Shown here piece after piece: positions 1 through 13,551 of a DNA stretch of 64,000 nucleotides (position 1 is the stretch's first letter; the number at the start of each line of letters is the position of its first letter). Source of the DNA: Leucoraja ocellata (taxonomy: Eukaryota). Made by a program: the position numbers and the translations under genes. Under the pieces are notes generated by a model that saw nothing but the letters and a program-made list of their open reading frames with translations, did no database searches and had not been told where the DNA came from. The stretch covers positions 4,154,001 through 4,218,000 of the forward strand of contig JAWMAR010000203.1 in NCBI GenBank assembly GCA_036785375.1, given 5' to 3'.

Positions 1-839
1 AGCTATGGAGGCTATCCAGAAAGTGCAATCCAGAAAATAGTCATCAGTCATTCCACACTGCTAACAATTTCAAAGTTTCTCATGACCAACAATCAGAAAC
101 ATTGTGCCAAACTTAGGTAATCCATTCGTACAGTATAAGTTTTATTTTACCATACTTGAGACACTGTGCTGAAACAGGTCCTTCGGCCCATCAGGACCAC
201 ACTGACCAGCGATCACCCCGTACGCTAGGACTATCCTACACACTGCACATGGCGGCGTATTCGGCTAGCCACGCGGCGGGAGGATCCCGGCAAGCCTTGG
301 CAAAGCCCAACAGAAGGCCCAGCTGGCTTGCCGTGGACTGAGGACCTGCTCCGCAGACCGGAACCCGCCTGCAAGGTCCGGCTCACCCACCCAGAGTGAA
401 GTGAGTTGGACAGAGGGCCAGTAAGCAGACCGGCTGCAGGAGGCAGTGTACAGCCTTGATGGGGGAGTGGGCAGCTGGAGGCCTTGCAACAGCCTGGGCC
501 TCGGCTGGACTGGGCACCGCTCCAAGAGGCCGAGCACGTGGACCGTCTGGAGTGGTGGAGGACATCATGGTCACTCATGGCCAGGCCGACCCTGCAATGT
601 CACCAGGACAACAGGCCTTCGTGGTCAGGTCAAGAACCCTGCACTTGCAATTGTCACTGGAAAATGGCACCAAAACTGGTGACTGTATACCGACTCTGTG
701 TACTACTGTAAGACACTTGTATCTGCGATGCTCAGCTAACACGTATTTAAGTATTTCTGTATAGTGACACTTGTACTGAACTGTATACAAAAATGAATTT
801 CACTGTACCTCAGTACATGAGAGAAATAAAGTGCAATTG

Positions 840-1050
840 ACCCACTGAACACAAGGAATAATTTACAATTTCTGGAAGCCAATTAACCTACAAACCCCGT
901 CTTTGGAGAGTGGGAGTAAACCGGAGCACCCGGAAAAATCGTATGAGGTCTTAGGGAGAATGTACAAACTCCATACAGACACCCCCTAGTCAGGATGGAA
1001 CCCGGGTCTCTGGCGCTGTGAGGCAGCAACTCTACCGCTGCGCCACCGTG
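840..1050 (-). mobile_element. tRNA-derived SINE (V-SINE-like); related copies at ~1613-1760(+), 1900-2045(-), 8620-8925(-), 23110-23365(-), 43150-43442(-), 43606-43880(+)
   Basis: 5' head GGTGGCGCAGCGGTAGAGTTGCTGCCTCACAG...GGGTTCCATCCTGAC recurs at these positions. Confidence 0.7.
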
Positions 1051-1315
1051 TCAACATTACACGTGACAATAATAAACCTAAATCTAAGTCTTGTGGGTCG
1101 GTGAGACTAAATCCTGGAATAATTCACCAACAAACTTGTCAATGACTGATGGATAGACAAAACATGTCTGCCTATCTTTGTCTACCTTCGAATTTTCCAG
1201 CTTCTGCAATTCTTTCTTAAACAATGAGTGATGGATCTCAGATGAATGAAAATATCTCTAATAAGCTTATTTAAATTAACTTTTACTTGATTAATAATCT
1301 CAGAGATAAACTTAC

Positions 1316-1576
1316 CCGAGAAAACCACTCGAATCTGTTTTGTCATCCACTCATGCCTCATTGAGCAGATGTACTGATTCTGTTCGTCAAATACTTTCAG
1401 ATCGTGGGTCACGTTGAAATGGCCATTGGGTTCTCTCATGGTTATTTCACTGTGTTTGTTTAAATCGTTCCCCGATTTGTCCTTCCACTCCACCGTTGGG
1501 GCAGGATACCACCCGGACGACTGGCAAGAGAGCATGCCCATTTCGGAATTCCAGATTAATTTGATAGGATCAGCAG
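1316..1576 (-). CDS. IgC-type exon of butyrophilin/B7-family (BTNL-like) gene
   Basis: 261-bp phase 1-1 exon with ttggcag acceptor and GTAAG donor. Encodes ...LSCQSSGWYPAPTVEW...GHFNVTHDL...YICSMRH, the typical BTN/B7 C-domain signature. Confidence 0.9.
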
Positions 1577-2629
1577 CTGCCAAGAAAAGAAACATAAATA
1601 GCAACCATTAATGGCAACATGGTGGCGCAGCGGTAGAGTTGCTGCCTTACAGCGCCACAGACCTGGCTTCCATCCTGACTATGGGTGCTGTCTGTACGGA
1701 GTTTCCCCATTTTCCCCGTGACAGAGTGGGTTTTCTCCAGGTGCCCCCTTGTCCTCCCGTGCCGGACAATTGAGATTGTTTTACCGATACCAATTAACCT
1801 ACCGACCTAGGATAGACATAAAATGCTGGAGTAACTCAGGCAGCATCTCTGTAGAAGGAATGGGTGACGTTTCGGGTTAAGACCTTTCTTCAGACCTGTA
1901 TGTCTTTTGTGTGGGAGGAAGCCGGTGCCCCCACGTGGTCACAGGGAGAACGTACATACTCCCTACAGGCTGTACCCATAGTAAGGATCGAACTCTGGTC
2001 TCTGGAGCAGTAAGACAGCAACTCTACCGCTGTGCCACCATGCCACCATTAATAGTTGTATAATTAGACACCCCAAAGACATCCCTGTTCTTTGTAACTT
2101 TCATGCCATGGACATTCTCAGCTACATTTCCTCCTGACAGAGGCATGAAGTTTATTTGAACTGGTGGAACTTCACAAGAGAATTTTGATGAAGGGAGATG
2201 ACACCAGAATATTCGGCATCTGCTTCCTGTAAAAAAAGCTGTGTTAAGAATTAAAAAGAATCCCAAACACTGAACAATGAAATAAATAAACCCAGGTACA
2301 TTTGACCCTCACTGTAAACAGAATAAGAGAGAAGACAAGGAGGTTTCCAGTAGTGGGTGAGTCTAGAACCCGAGGGCACAACATCAGAATAAAACAGTTC
2401 CTTTAGAAAGGAGAAGAGGAAGAATTTCTACAGCCCGAGGGTGGTGAATCTGTGGAATTCATTGACACTGACAGCTGTGGAGTCCAAGTCATTGGGTATT
2501 TTTAAAATGGAGATTGGCAGGTTCTCGATTAGTACGGGAGTAAGGGGGTATGGGGAGAAGGCAGGAGATGACCGAATGACCAATGGGCCGAATGGCCTAA
2601 TTCTGCTCCTATCAAGTATGAAAACATAC

Positions 2630-2968
2630 CCCAAACAGATAGCCGGACAAGGTCAGCTCCATATCCATCGTCAGTGCTAATACGGACAATGTACTTTCCC
2701 TCATCCCAGATTTCGACATTCTTCAATGTAAGAAATGCTTTTCCTTCTTTAAATGAGGATGTGTCGACTTCAATTCTTCCCGAGTAGTTGGCATGTTGTT
2801 TGCTGACATCGCTTTTATCTCCCTTGTACTCGTACAAGATTCCAGCATCTTGATCCTTCTCCCACCTCACCCTCGGTGCACATGGATTGTCGCACTCAAA
2901 CGTACACTTGAAGGTGACATCCTTGCCGATCTCTACATCTGTGGCTCGTTCACAAGTGATGAATGCAT
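2630..2968 (-). CDS. IgV exon of butyrophilin/B7-family gene
   Basis: 339-bp phase 1-1 exon with ttcag acceptor and GTATG donor. Encodes GKDVTFKC...VRWEK...QHANYSGRIEVDTSSFKEGKAFLTLKNVEIWDEGKY, the BTN/B7 V-set pattern. In frame with the IgC exon. Confidence 0.9.
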
Positions 2969-3946
2969 CTGAACAAAAGGCAGAAAGGGGTTTATTATTG
3001 TCACCTTCACTTGAGTCGAGTTTAGTTCATTGTCACGTGTACCGAGGTACAGTGAAAAGCTATTCGTTGGGTGCTAACCAGTCAGCAGAAAGACAATACA
3101 TGACTACAATTGAGCTGTCCAAAGTGTACAGATGCACGATAAAGGCAACAATGTGCACAAGATAAAGTCCAATCAAAGATAATCTGATGGTCTCTAATGA
3201 GGTAGATAGTAGTTCAGGAATGCTCTCTAGTTATTGGTGGATGGGTCAGTTGTCTAATAATAGCCGGGAAGAAACTGTCCCTGAATCTAGTGGTGTGCGT
3301 TTTCACACTTCTGTACCTCTTGCCTGATGGGAGAGGGGAGCGGGAAGAAGGGGAGTGGCCAGAGTGCAACTTGTCCTTAATTATGCTGCTGGTTTTACCA
3401 ACGCGAGTCAAAGGAATGGAGATCCCGTCCCAAAATGTCACCCATTCCATCTCTCCAGAGATGCTGCCAGTTACTCCAGCATTTTGTGTCTATCAAAGGA
3501 ATGAAGGTTGGTTTGCGTGATGGTCTGGGCTGTGTGTCCACAACTCCCTGCAACTTATTGCTGTATTGAACTGATGCCAAACCAGGCTGTGATGCATCCT
3601 GATACAATGCTTTCTATGGTGTATATGTAGAAGTTGCTGAGAGTTGTTGGGGACATACACAGTGAAAAGCTTTGTTTAGCATGCAGTCCAATCAAATCAG
3701 ATACCACACATAAATACAATCAAGCCAAACACAAACGAAGATAGTGCAGAATAGAGTTCTCAGCATTATAGCGCAATAGTTCCATAGACAAAGGAGTTGA
3801 GGAGTTGAGGAGTCTGAGGGTGGTGAATCTGTGGAATTTATTACCACAGGCAGCTGTGGAGTCTGTTTATTTTAAAGCAGAGATTGCTAGATTCTTGACT
3901 AGTAAGCGTCAGATATGCCATTTCTTGTAGCCTTGGTAGGTATTTA

Positions 3947-6407
3947 CAGTGGCTTGCAAAAGTATTCAGACCCCTTGAACTTTTCCACATTTTGTCACGT
4001 TACAACCACAAACGTAGATGTATTTTATTTGGATTTTATGTGATAGACCAACACAAAGTGGTGCATAATTGTGAAGTGGAAGGAAAATGATACATGGTTT
4101 TCAATTATTTTTTACAAATAAAAAACTGAAAAGTGGGGCGTGTAAAAGTATTCAGCCCCCCTGAGTCAATACTTTGTAGAACCACCTTTCGCTGCAATTA
4201 CAGTTGCAAGTCTTTTGGGGTATGTCTCTACCAGCTTTGCAGATCTAGAGACTGAAATTTCTTTGCAAAATAGCTCAAGCTCAGTCAGATTGGATGGAGA
4301 GCGTCTGTGAACAGCAATTTTCAAGTCTTGCCAGAGATTCTCAATTGGATTTAGGTCTGGACTTTGACTGGGCCATTCTAACACATGAATATGCTTTGAT
4401 CTAAACCATTCCATTGTAGCTCTGGCTGTATGTTTAGGGTCGTTGTCCTGCTGGAAGGTGAACCTCCGCTCCAGTCTCAAGTCTTTTGCAGACTCTAACA
4501 GGTTTTCTTCCAAGATTGCCCTGTATTTGGCTCCATCCATCTTCCCATCCACTCTGACCAGCTTGTCCCTGCTGAAGAAAAGCATCCCCACAGCATGATG
4601 CTGCCACTACCATTTTCACAGTGGGGATGGTGTGTTCAGGGTGATGTGCAGTGTTAGTTCTACACCACACATAGCATTTTGCATTTAGGCCAAAAACTTC
4701 CATTTTGGTCTCATCTGACCAGAGCAGCTTCCTCCACGTTTGCTGTGTCCCCCACATGGCTTGTGGCAAACTGCAAACGGGACTTATTGCTTTTTTTCAA
4801 CAATGGTTTTCTTCTTGCCACTCTTCCATAAAGGCCCAATTTGTGGAGTGCACGACTAATTTTTGTCCTGTGGACAGATTCTCCCACCTGAGCTGTGGAT
4901 ATCTGCAGCTCCTCCAGAGTTACCATGGGCTTCTTGGCTGCTTCTCTGATCAATGCTCTCCTTGCCCGGCCTGTCAGTTTACGTGGACGGCCATGTCTTG
5001 GTAGGTTTGCAGTTGTGCCATACTCTTTCCATTTTCGGATGATGGATTGAACAGTGGTCCGTGAGATGTTCAAAGCTTTGGATATTTTTTTATAACATTA
5101 ACCTGCTTTAAACTTCTCCACAACTTTATCCCTGACCTGTCTGGTGTTCCTTGGGCTTCATGACGTTGTTTGTTCACTAATGTTCTCTAATAAACCTCTG
5201 AGGCCTTCACAGAACAGCTGTATTCCGGTAGGCGGCGCGGCTCTGGTCAGCAGCGGCCTCTGCAGCCTGTCCGTGTTTTATTATTTTTTTGTCTGTGTTT
5301 TTATGTAGTTTTTGTTATTTTATGTTGGGGTGTGTGTGTGGGGGGATGGGGGTGGGGTGGGAGGGGGGGGGGAAACTTTTGAATCTCTCCCTGCACTGGA
5401 GACCCGACCTTTTCTCGTCGGGTCTCAGTTGTCGTTGGGGCCGCAACGAGGAGCAGCCTCCAACGGGAAGAAGCCGGGGACTCTGGTGCCGACTCACCGT
5501 TGCAGTCGCGGAGCTGGCCGAGACCGGAGCGGGTGGAGCGGTGGAGGAGCGCTGCTGCTGCTGCTGCCACCGCCACTGCTGCTGCTGATGCGAAGGCTGC
5601 TACTGCGGGTCTGCGGACGGCGGCACCGGGAGCCCGCGGATCCCTGGAGGGAGACCGCTTTTCGGGGCTCCTGCAACGGCGAATTCTCCCGCCCGTGTTG
5701 CGGGGTTGAAGAGCTCCAGGAGCGGGGCCTGACACCACTGCCCCGCGCGGCTGGAATGGCCGCGGGACTTTGCGAGCGCACACCGGGGGCTCCAACACCA
5801 AGACCCGGTGTGCGACCTCGCACCACCCGGCGTGGCTTTAATGGCCGCGGTACAATCGCCATCGCCAGCCGGGGGCTTTGACTTTGACTATGACATCGGG
5901 GGGGGGAGAGTGCAGTGGAGAGATAAGTTTTTTTGGCCTTCCATCACAGCTATGTGATGGATGTTTATGTAAAATGTAATTATGTTGTGTCTGGGGTCTA
6001 TTTGTGTGTAATGTATGGCTGCAGAAACGGCATTTTGTTTGGACCTCCAGGGGTCCAAATGACAATTAAATTGACTCTTGACTCTTGTATTTATGCTGAG
6101 ATTAGATTACACACAAGTGGACTCTATTTACTAATTAGGTGACTTCTGAAGGCAATTGGTTCCTCTGGATTTTATTTAGGGGTATCAGAGTAAAGGGGGC
6201 TAAATACTTTTGCACGCCACATTTTTCAATTTTTTATTTGTAAAAAAATTTGAAAACCATGTATCATTTTCCTTCCACTTCACAATTATGCGCCGCTTTG
6301 TGTTGGTCTATCACATACAATCCCAATAAAATATATTTACGTTTGTGGTTGTAACGTGACAAAATGTGGAAAAGTTCAAGGGGTATGAATACTTTTGCAA
6401 GCCACTG
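3947..6407 (-). mobile_element. Tc1-like DNA transposon (IR/DR type), frameshifted transposase, interrupted by a retroposon
   Basis: TA|CAGTGGCTTGCAAAAGTATTCA...TGCAAGCCACTG|TA with ~215-bp TIRs. Transposase fragments at 5161-4166: GRPRK, WSDETK, FQQDNDPKH, WPSQSPDLNPIENLW. Confidence 0.95.
5225..6085 (+). mobile_element. GC-rich non-autonomous retroposon with a CTG repeat and Rex1-like microsatellite tail
   Basis: TGTATT TSD inside the Tc1 and a (gactctt)n tail. Homologous copies at 34447-34905(+) and ~59670-60600(-). Confidence 0.8.
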
Positions 6408-6544
6408 TATATGTTATTGTCGTTGGTTTACTATTACACTGTACTGAGGTAGGAAAAATATATCATTTTATGTGCTAGCCAGACAGATCATATCATTCAC
6501 AAGTACAACAGGTTGTGCTAAAGACAAATGAAAATTACAGTGTG

Positions 6545-7650
6545 TAGGAAGGAACTGCAGATGAACTACACCAAAGGTAGACACAAAATGCTGGAGTAAC
6601 TCAGTGGGACAGGCAGCATCTCTGGAGAGAAGGAATGGGTGAAGTTTCAGGTTGGGACCCTTATTCAGACTGAGTGTCAGGAGAGAGGGAAACAGAGATG
6701 TGGAAGGGTAAGGTGTGAAAACAAGAAATCAAAAGGGGAGTTGTCAAGGAAAATATAGAATGAATCATTGTTAGCACCAATGCATCCGACCAGTAAAATG
6801 TAAACAGGAGGAAACTAATCGAACTAGCATGTGGGAGAGATGGAGAGAGGAGAAAAGCAAGGATTACTTGAAGTTACAGAAGTCAATATAAATACATCTA
6901 GGTTATAAACTGCCCAAGCAACATGTGAGGTGCTGGGCCTCGCACTGACAGTGCAGGAGGCCCAGGACAGAAAGGTCAGTGTGGGAATGGGAGGTGGAGT
7001 TAAATTATTTAGCAACTGAGGCAGACTGAGTGGAGGTGTTGAACGAAATAATCGGCGAGTGTGCGCTTAGTCTCGCCGATATACAGGAGTCCATACATGG
7101 AACAGTGGATACAGTAGATGAGGTTGGAGGAGGTGCAAGTGAACCTCTGCCTCACCTGAAAGGACTGTCGGGGACCTTGGACAGAGTCGAGGGAGGAGGT
7201 ATCGGGACAGGTGTTGCATTTCCATCCGTTGCAGGGGCAAGTACCTGGGGAGGGGGTGGTTTGGGTGGGAAAGGACGAGTTGACCAGGGAGTTGTGGAGA
7301 GAATGGTCTCCATGGAAAGGGGTGGAGATGGGAAGATGTGGATCGTAGTGGAATCCTGTTGGAGGGGGCGAAAATGTCAGAGGATTATGTGCTGTATGCG
7401 ACAGTCCTTTCAGGTGAGGCAGAGGTTCACTTTATAGTATACCTTCCCCTCAGTAACAATGTTCCATTCTACATTTTTCTTGACCTTCATCCCCCTTGAT
7501 CTATCGTTTTACACCTAACCCTCCCATATCTCTATGTCCCCGTCTCCCCTGACTCAGTCTGAAGAAGCATCTCAACCCAAAATATCACCCATTCTTTCCA
7601 TCCAGAGATGCTGCCTGTCCCGTTGAGTTACTCCAGCATTTTGTCTATCA
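6545..7650 (-). mobile_element. Penelope-like element fragment (GIY-YIG endonuclease region)
   Basis: Minus strand encodes TCTSSNLIYCIHCSMYGLLYIGETKRTL. Flanked by the short 'atgctggagtaactcag...gcagcatctctgga' terminal repeat in opposite orientations. Confidence 0.75.
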
Positions 7651-9749
7651 TCAAAGATTTATAGTGTGATAGAGCAAGTGTAGATTCATGTTTACGGGCC
7701 TGTTAGGCTGCAGCAAATATGTCTTTCATTGTTCTGTTGTCAGTACATTTGAGAAATAACACTCTTGTATCTCTCCTTAGATGGTGTATGTCAATAAGAC
7801 GAGAGATCTGGTTATTATTGCTCCTTACTCTGTGCACATTATGTTTTAAATGTTAATTGCTTTGCGAGTGTTGAATACAAGTGATTTGGGAAAAGATATC
7901 TTGCTTGTTGCATCCCACCATTTTATTTTGCTGTTTATTGTGATGAAGTTTAAGGTGCTAGGTTTATTATTGTCATGGCTACTGAGGTACAGTGAAAAGC
8001 TTTGTTTCACAACTATCCAAACAATTCAGATAATACTCTACATAAATAAATCAAGTATTCAGGTAGTGAAGTGGAAGATACAGAGTGCAGAATATAGTTC
8101 TCATTCTTGTAGCGCACCAGTTCCAGAGACAAAGTCCAATGTCCACAGTGGGGTAGAGATGAATCAAACAGTAACCTAGCTTATGGAAGAATGCTTTGAA
8201 AAGCCTGATGACAGAGGGGAAGAAGCTGTTCCTGAGCCTGGTGGTGCCCACTTTCAAGCTTCTATACCTTCTGCCAGATGGGAGCAAGGAGAAGAGGAAT
8301 TACAGGGTTGGGACGTCTTTGATTATATTGCTTCTTTTTTGAATGCCTGGTTTGGGCTTTTCAACACAGGCTTTGGAAAACTGTGGTCATTCTCCGTTAC
8401 ATTGTCTGTTTGGCAGAAATAGAAGACACATGGAACTGTAACTGCTGGAATCTTACGTTGAACAGAAAGTATTTGAGTAACTCAGAGGGTCATGCAGCAT
8501 CTCTGGAGGACATGGATGTACGATATTTCAGATCAGGACCCTTCAGAAATAGATCATCTCCAGGGTCTTCAGTGTTATAATACTCGACAAGGTTATATTC
8601 AAGGCAGAATTGAATTAATTGTAAGATACAGCATGGAAACAGGCCCTTCAGCCCACCGTGTCCACGCCGACCATCGATCACCCGTTCACACTAGTTCAAT
8701 GTTATCTCACTTTTGTATCCACTCCCTACACACGACAGGCAATTTACAAAGTTCAATTAACTTACAAACCCACGTCTTTGTGTGTGGAAGGAAACAGGAA
8801 CACCTGGAGGAAACCCACACGGTCACAAGGGGAACATGCAAACTCCACACAGACACCACTCGAGGTCAGGAATGAACCCGGATCTCTGGCACTGTGAGGC
8901 AGTGGCTTTACCAGCTGTACCAACCAATGTGCTCAATTGATGGAGTGACGTTTGACCATATCTGTGAATAGGCCAAGGCAGAATATCAGTGGATAATTCG
9001 AAAATATGATCATTCATTTTGCCAGTGGTCACAGTAGTGGCAAAATTCAGTCAAGTAGAGACCAATAAAGTTGTTATGTCCCAAAGGTCCTTTTACAGAC
9101 TGGTTATCCTAATCACTGTTGGGATGAATAAAACTGTTTCGAGAAACAGAACCGCAGATGTTGGTTTAAATAAAAACACTGATGAGTTTCAGGTATGATT
9201 TGTATAATATTTTAAATATGTTATATAATATGTTCCGTGAGTTGGGTCACAAACCTGAACGAAAAAGCTCCTCGGCCCACAACTTAGCTGAGAGGAAAAG
9301 ATAGATCAGCCATGATTAAATGGCAGAATAGACTCGATGGGCCGGATGGCCTAGTTCTTCCCCAACGACGTATATGAACTTATGACTGGTTGGGATCATG
9401 TAAATCCCTTGAGAAATTAAATCCCTTGAGTAGATGTAGGAGAAAAGAGGGAAATCCCAAGGGCAAAAAAGAGGTTAAGTACTGCTTTGGCAAATAATGT
9501 AAAAGATCCTCTGAAGATATTCTTAGTGTATATTAAGGGCCTAAGAGTAACTAGGGAGAAAATAGGGCTCATTATAGATCAACAAGGTCATCCATGTTGG
9601 AGCCACATGAGATAAGCAAGATGTTAAACCAAGAGGCAGCTGTCAAAGGTGTTTAATTGTTAGATGTACTGCATGGAACAACAGAACAATTAAATGCTTA
9701 CTTGCTGGCAGCTTACCAGGTCTATAAATGCAACAGCACATCAATAACA

Positions 9750-11860
9750 TAGAACATAGAAAAATAGTTGCAGGAGTAGGCCATTCTGCCCTTTGAGCCA
9801 GACCGCATTCAATACGATCATGGCTGATCATCTAAAATCAGTACCCCGTTCCTGCTTTTTCCCCATATACCTTAATTCCTACAGCCCACAAGAACTAAAT
9901 CTAACTCTCTCTTGAAAACATCCAATGAATTGGCCTCCACTGCCTTCTGTGACAGAAAATTCCAGATTCACAACTCTCTGGGTGAAAAGGTGCTTCCTCA
10001 TCTCACTCCCAACCCCTTAAACCGTGACCTCTGGCTCTGGACTCCCCCAACATCGGGAACATTTTTTCCTGCATCTAGCATGTCCAATCCTTTAAGAATG
10101 TTATAGTTTCTATTAGATACCCTCTCATCCTTCTAAATACAAAAATAGTATTTCTAAATACAAGCCCAGTTGACCCATTCTTTCATCATATGTCAGTCCC
10201 GCCATCCTGGGAATTAACCTGGTGAACCCACGCTGCACTCCCACAATAGCAAGAAAGTCCTTCCTCAAATTAGGAGACCAAAATTGCACACAATACTCCA
10301 GGTGCAGTCTATCCAGGGCCCTGTACTACTGCCATAGGAACCCCTTGCTCCCAAACTCAAATCCTCTTGCAATGAAGGCCAACATGTCATTAGCTTACTT
10401 CACTGCCTGCTGTACCTGCATGCTTACTTTCAGTGGCTGATGTACAAGCACGCCCAGGTCTTGTTGCACCTCCCCTGTTCCTAATCTGACATCATTCAGA
10501 TAATAATCTGCCTTCCTGATCTTGCCACCACAGTGGATAGCATCACATCTATCCACATTGTACTGCATCTGCCATGCATCTGCCCACTAACCCAACCTAT
10601 CCAAGTCACCCTGCAGTCTCATAGCATCCTCCTCACAGCTCACTGCCACCCAGCTTTGTGTCATCCGCAATATAATCAAACAAGCAATAAATTAATAACC
10701 ATAATACTAGCTAACCACCATAGAGCAAGATAAAACAGTCCCTATTGCAACCAAAGACACAGTCCAGAGAACATTTTTGCTGAGGTTAGTGTTGTGTAGT
10801 GTTCAAGAGCCTGATGGTTGCTGGGAAGAAGCTATTCTTGAACCTGGAGGTCACAGTTTACACCCTCATGTACCTTCTTCCTGATAATAGAGGTGAAATG
10901 AGAGGATGGCCAGTGTGCTGCAGGTCTTTCATGAAGAAACTTGATTTGGATGAGTAAAAGGCAAGATTAGCACGTTTGCTGATGATACAAAAGTGAGTGG
11001 TTTTGCAGATAATTGTGAAAGATTGCAACAAGGTGGTGGGCAGAGGAATGGTTGATGGAATTTAATACAGTGAAGTGTGAGGTGTTGCATTTTGGGACGA
11101 CGAACAAGGGCAGGACCTACTCAGTAAGTGGTAGGCCACTGGGTAGTGTTGTAGAGCAGAGGGCTCTAGTACAGGTGCATGGTTCCTTGAAGGTCGAGTC
11201 ACAGGCAGATAAGGTGGTCAAAAAGGCACTTTGGCCTTTATCAGTCAGAGTATTGAGTATGGAAGTTAGGAGGTCATGTTGCAGTTGTACAATACGTTGG
11301 TGAGACCGCATTTAGAATATTGTGTTCAGTCTGGGCACCATGTTATAGGAAAGATATTGTCAAGCTTGAAAGGGTTCAGAAAAGATTTACGAGGATGTTG
11401 TCAGGACTAGAGGCTGTGAGCTATAGGGAAAGGTTGAATAGGCTGGGTCTCTATTCCATGGAGCATAGGAGGATGAGGAGAGATCTTATAGAGTTATACA
11501 AAATCATGGGAGGAATAGATCAGGTAGATGAACAGAGCCTTTTACCCAGAGTAGGGGAATCAAGGACCAGAGGTCATAGGTTCAAGGTGGAGGGGAAAAT
11601 ATCTGAGCGGTAACTAGGAATCCGATGGGTAAATCTTTCACACAGAGAGTGGTGGGTTTATGGAACAAGCTGACAGAGGAGATCGGTGAGGCTGGGACTA
11701 TCCCATCGTCTAAGAAATGGTTAGACAGGTACATGGATAGGACAGGTTTGGGAAGGTATGGACCAAGCGCAGGCAAGTGGGACTAGAGTAGCTGGGACAT
11801 TGTTGGCCATTGTGGGCAAGTTGAGCCGAAGAGCCTGTTTCCACACTATATCAATCTATG
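9750..11860. mobile_element. Two degenerate CR1 LINE 3' fragments (~9750-10670 minus; ~10940-11860 plus)
   Basis: [18 protein letters not shown]-like and RTRGH motifs; (atagaaac) tail. Confidence 0.8.
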
Positions 11861-13308
11861 ACACTAAACAAGGAACCGCAGATGCTGGTTTACATAAAGG
11901 GACACAAAGTGCTAGTGTAAATCAGTGGTTCAAGCAGCATCTCTGCAGAAAAGGAATCAGTGCCGTTTTGGATCCAAAGAAGGGTCTCAACCTGAAACAT
12001 CACCTATTCCTGCTCTCCATAGATGCTGTCTGACCCGCTGAGTTACTCCAGCATCTTTGGTGTAAATGAGCATCTAAAGTTCCTTCCAATACAGCATGTA
12101 TATGTATGTTGACTAACTCCAGCATCTTAGATCTCCCCAAATAGTAGCCCAGATGTAGGGTGTAAGTTGCAGCAGGAGGTAAAACTGGCATGTAACAAAG
12201 GTAATGCCACTATGGTGATGTGGGATTTCAATATGCAGGTAGACTGGGAAAATCAGCTTGGTTCAGGACCCCAAGAAAGAGTTTGTAGAGTGCCTCCAAG
12301 ATGAATTCTTAGAGCAGCTTGTAATGGAGCCGACCAGAGAAAAGGCAATTCTGGATTTAGTGTTGTCCAATGAACCAAATTTGATAAGAGAACTCGAGGT
12401 AAAGGGACCGTTTGGAGGTAATGATCATAATATGATTAGTTTTAATCTGCAATTTGAGAAGGAGAAAGTTCAATCGGAAGTGTCAGTGATGCAGCTGAAC
12501 AAGGGGGACTATGAAGGCATGAGTGAGGAGCTGGCTAAGGTAGACTGGAAAGGGATACTAGCAAGAATGACGGTGGAACAGCAATGGCAGGAATTTCTGG
12601 GCATAATCATGAAGACGCAGGATAATTTCAGTCTAAAAAAGAAGAAAGATTCTAAGGGGAGTAGGAGGCAACCATGGCTGACAAGAGACGTTAGGGATAG
12701 AATAAAACTGAAAGAAAAGATGTATAATACAGCAAAGAGTAGCCGCAAGCCAGAGGATTGGGAAACTTCCATAGGACACCAGAAGGAAACAAAACGGGCA
12801 ATACGGGCTAAAAAGATGAAGTATGAAGGGAAGCTTGCCAGGAATATAAAGAACAGTAAAAGCTTATTCAGATATGTTAAGGGAAAAAGAGAAGCAAAGT
12901 CAAATGTGGGTCCCTTGAAGGCAGACACGGGTAAAATTATTCTGGGGACCAAAGAAATGGCAGAAGAGTTGAACAGGAACTATGGATCGGTCTTCACTAA
13001 GGAAGACACAAACAATCTCCCAGAAGTACTGGATAACAGAGGATCTAAAGGGGTTGAGGAACTGAAAGAAATCTCAATGGGATTAGGTTAGGTAAGGGGG
13101 AGGTACAGCAAGACCTGGGTGTCCTTGTACATCGGTCACTGAAAATTGGAGTGCAGGTACAACAGGCAGTGAAGTAAGCTAATGGAATGTTGGCCTTCAT
13201 AACAAGAGGATTTCAGTATAGGAGTAGAGAGGTTCTTCTGCATAGAAACATAGAAAATAGGTGCAGGAGTAAGCCATTCGGCCCTTCGAGCCTGCACCGC
13301 CATTCAAT

Positions 13309-13515
13309 ATCAATCAATCAACCTTTATTGTCATCTTGCAAGCAACAAGTACAGTGCAAAATGAAAAGACGTTTCCCAGTGAATAGCGGAGCCTCGCACA
13401 TGAAATTTAAAACACTTCTCACATAATAACACTAAAAAACAATCCAGTCCCTGATGGAACAGAATAAATAGTTAAAATCAGGTAAAAAACACAATGTTAA
13501 AAACAGTAAACCAAT

Positions 13516-13551
<36 letters not shown>

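Noticed and set aside
8930-9135. Possible extra exon of the Ig gene
   Set aside because: An acceptor-like site is present but the phase-compatible frame hits a stop and there are no Ig hallmarks.
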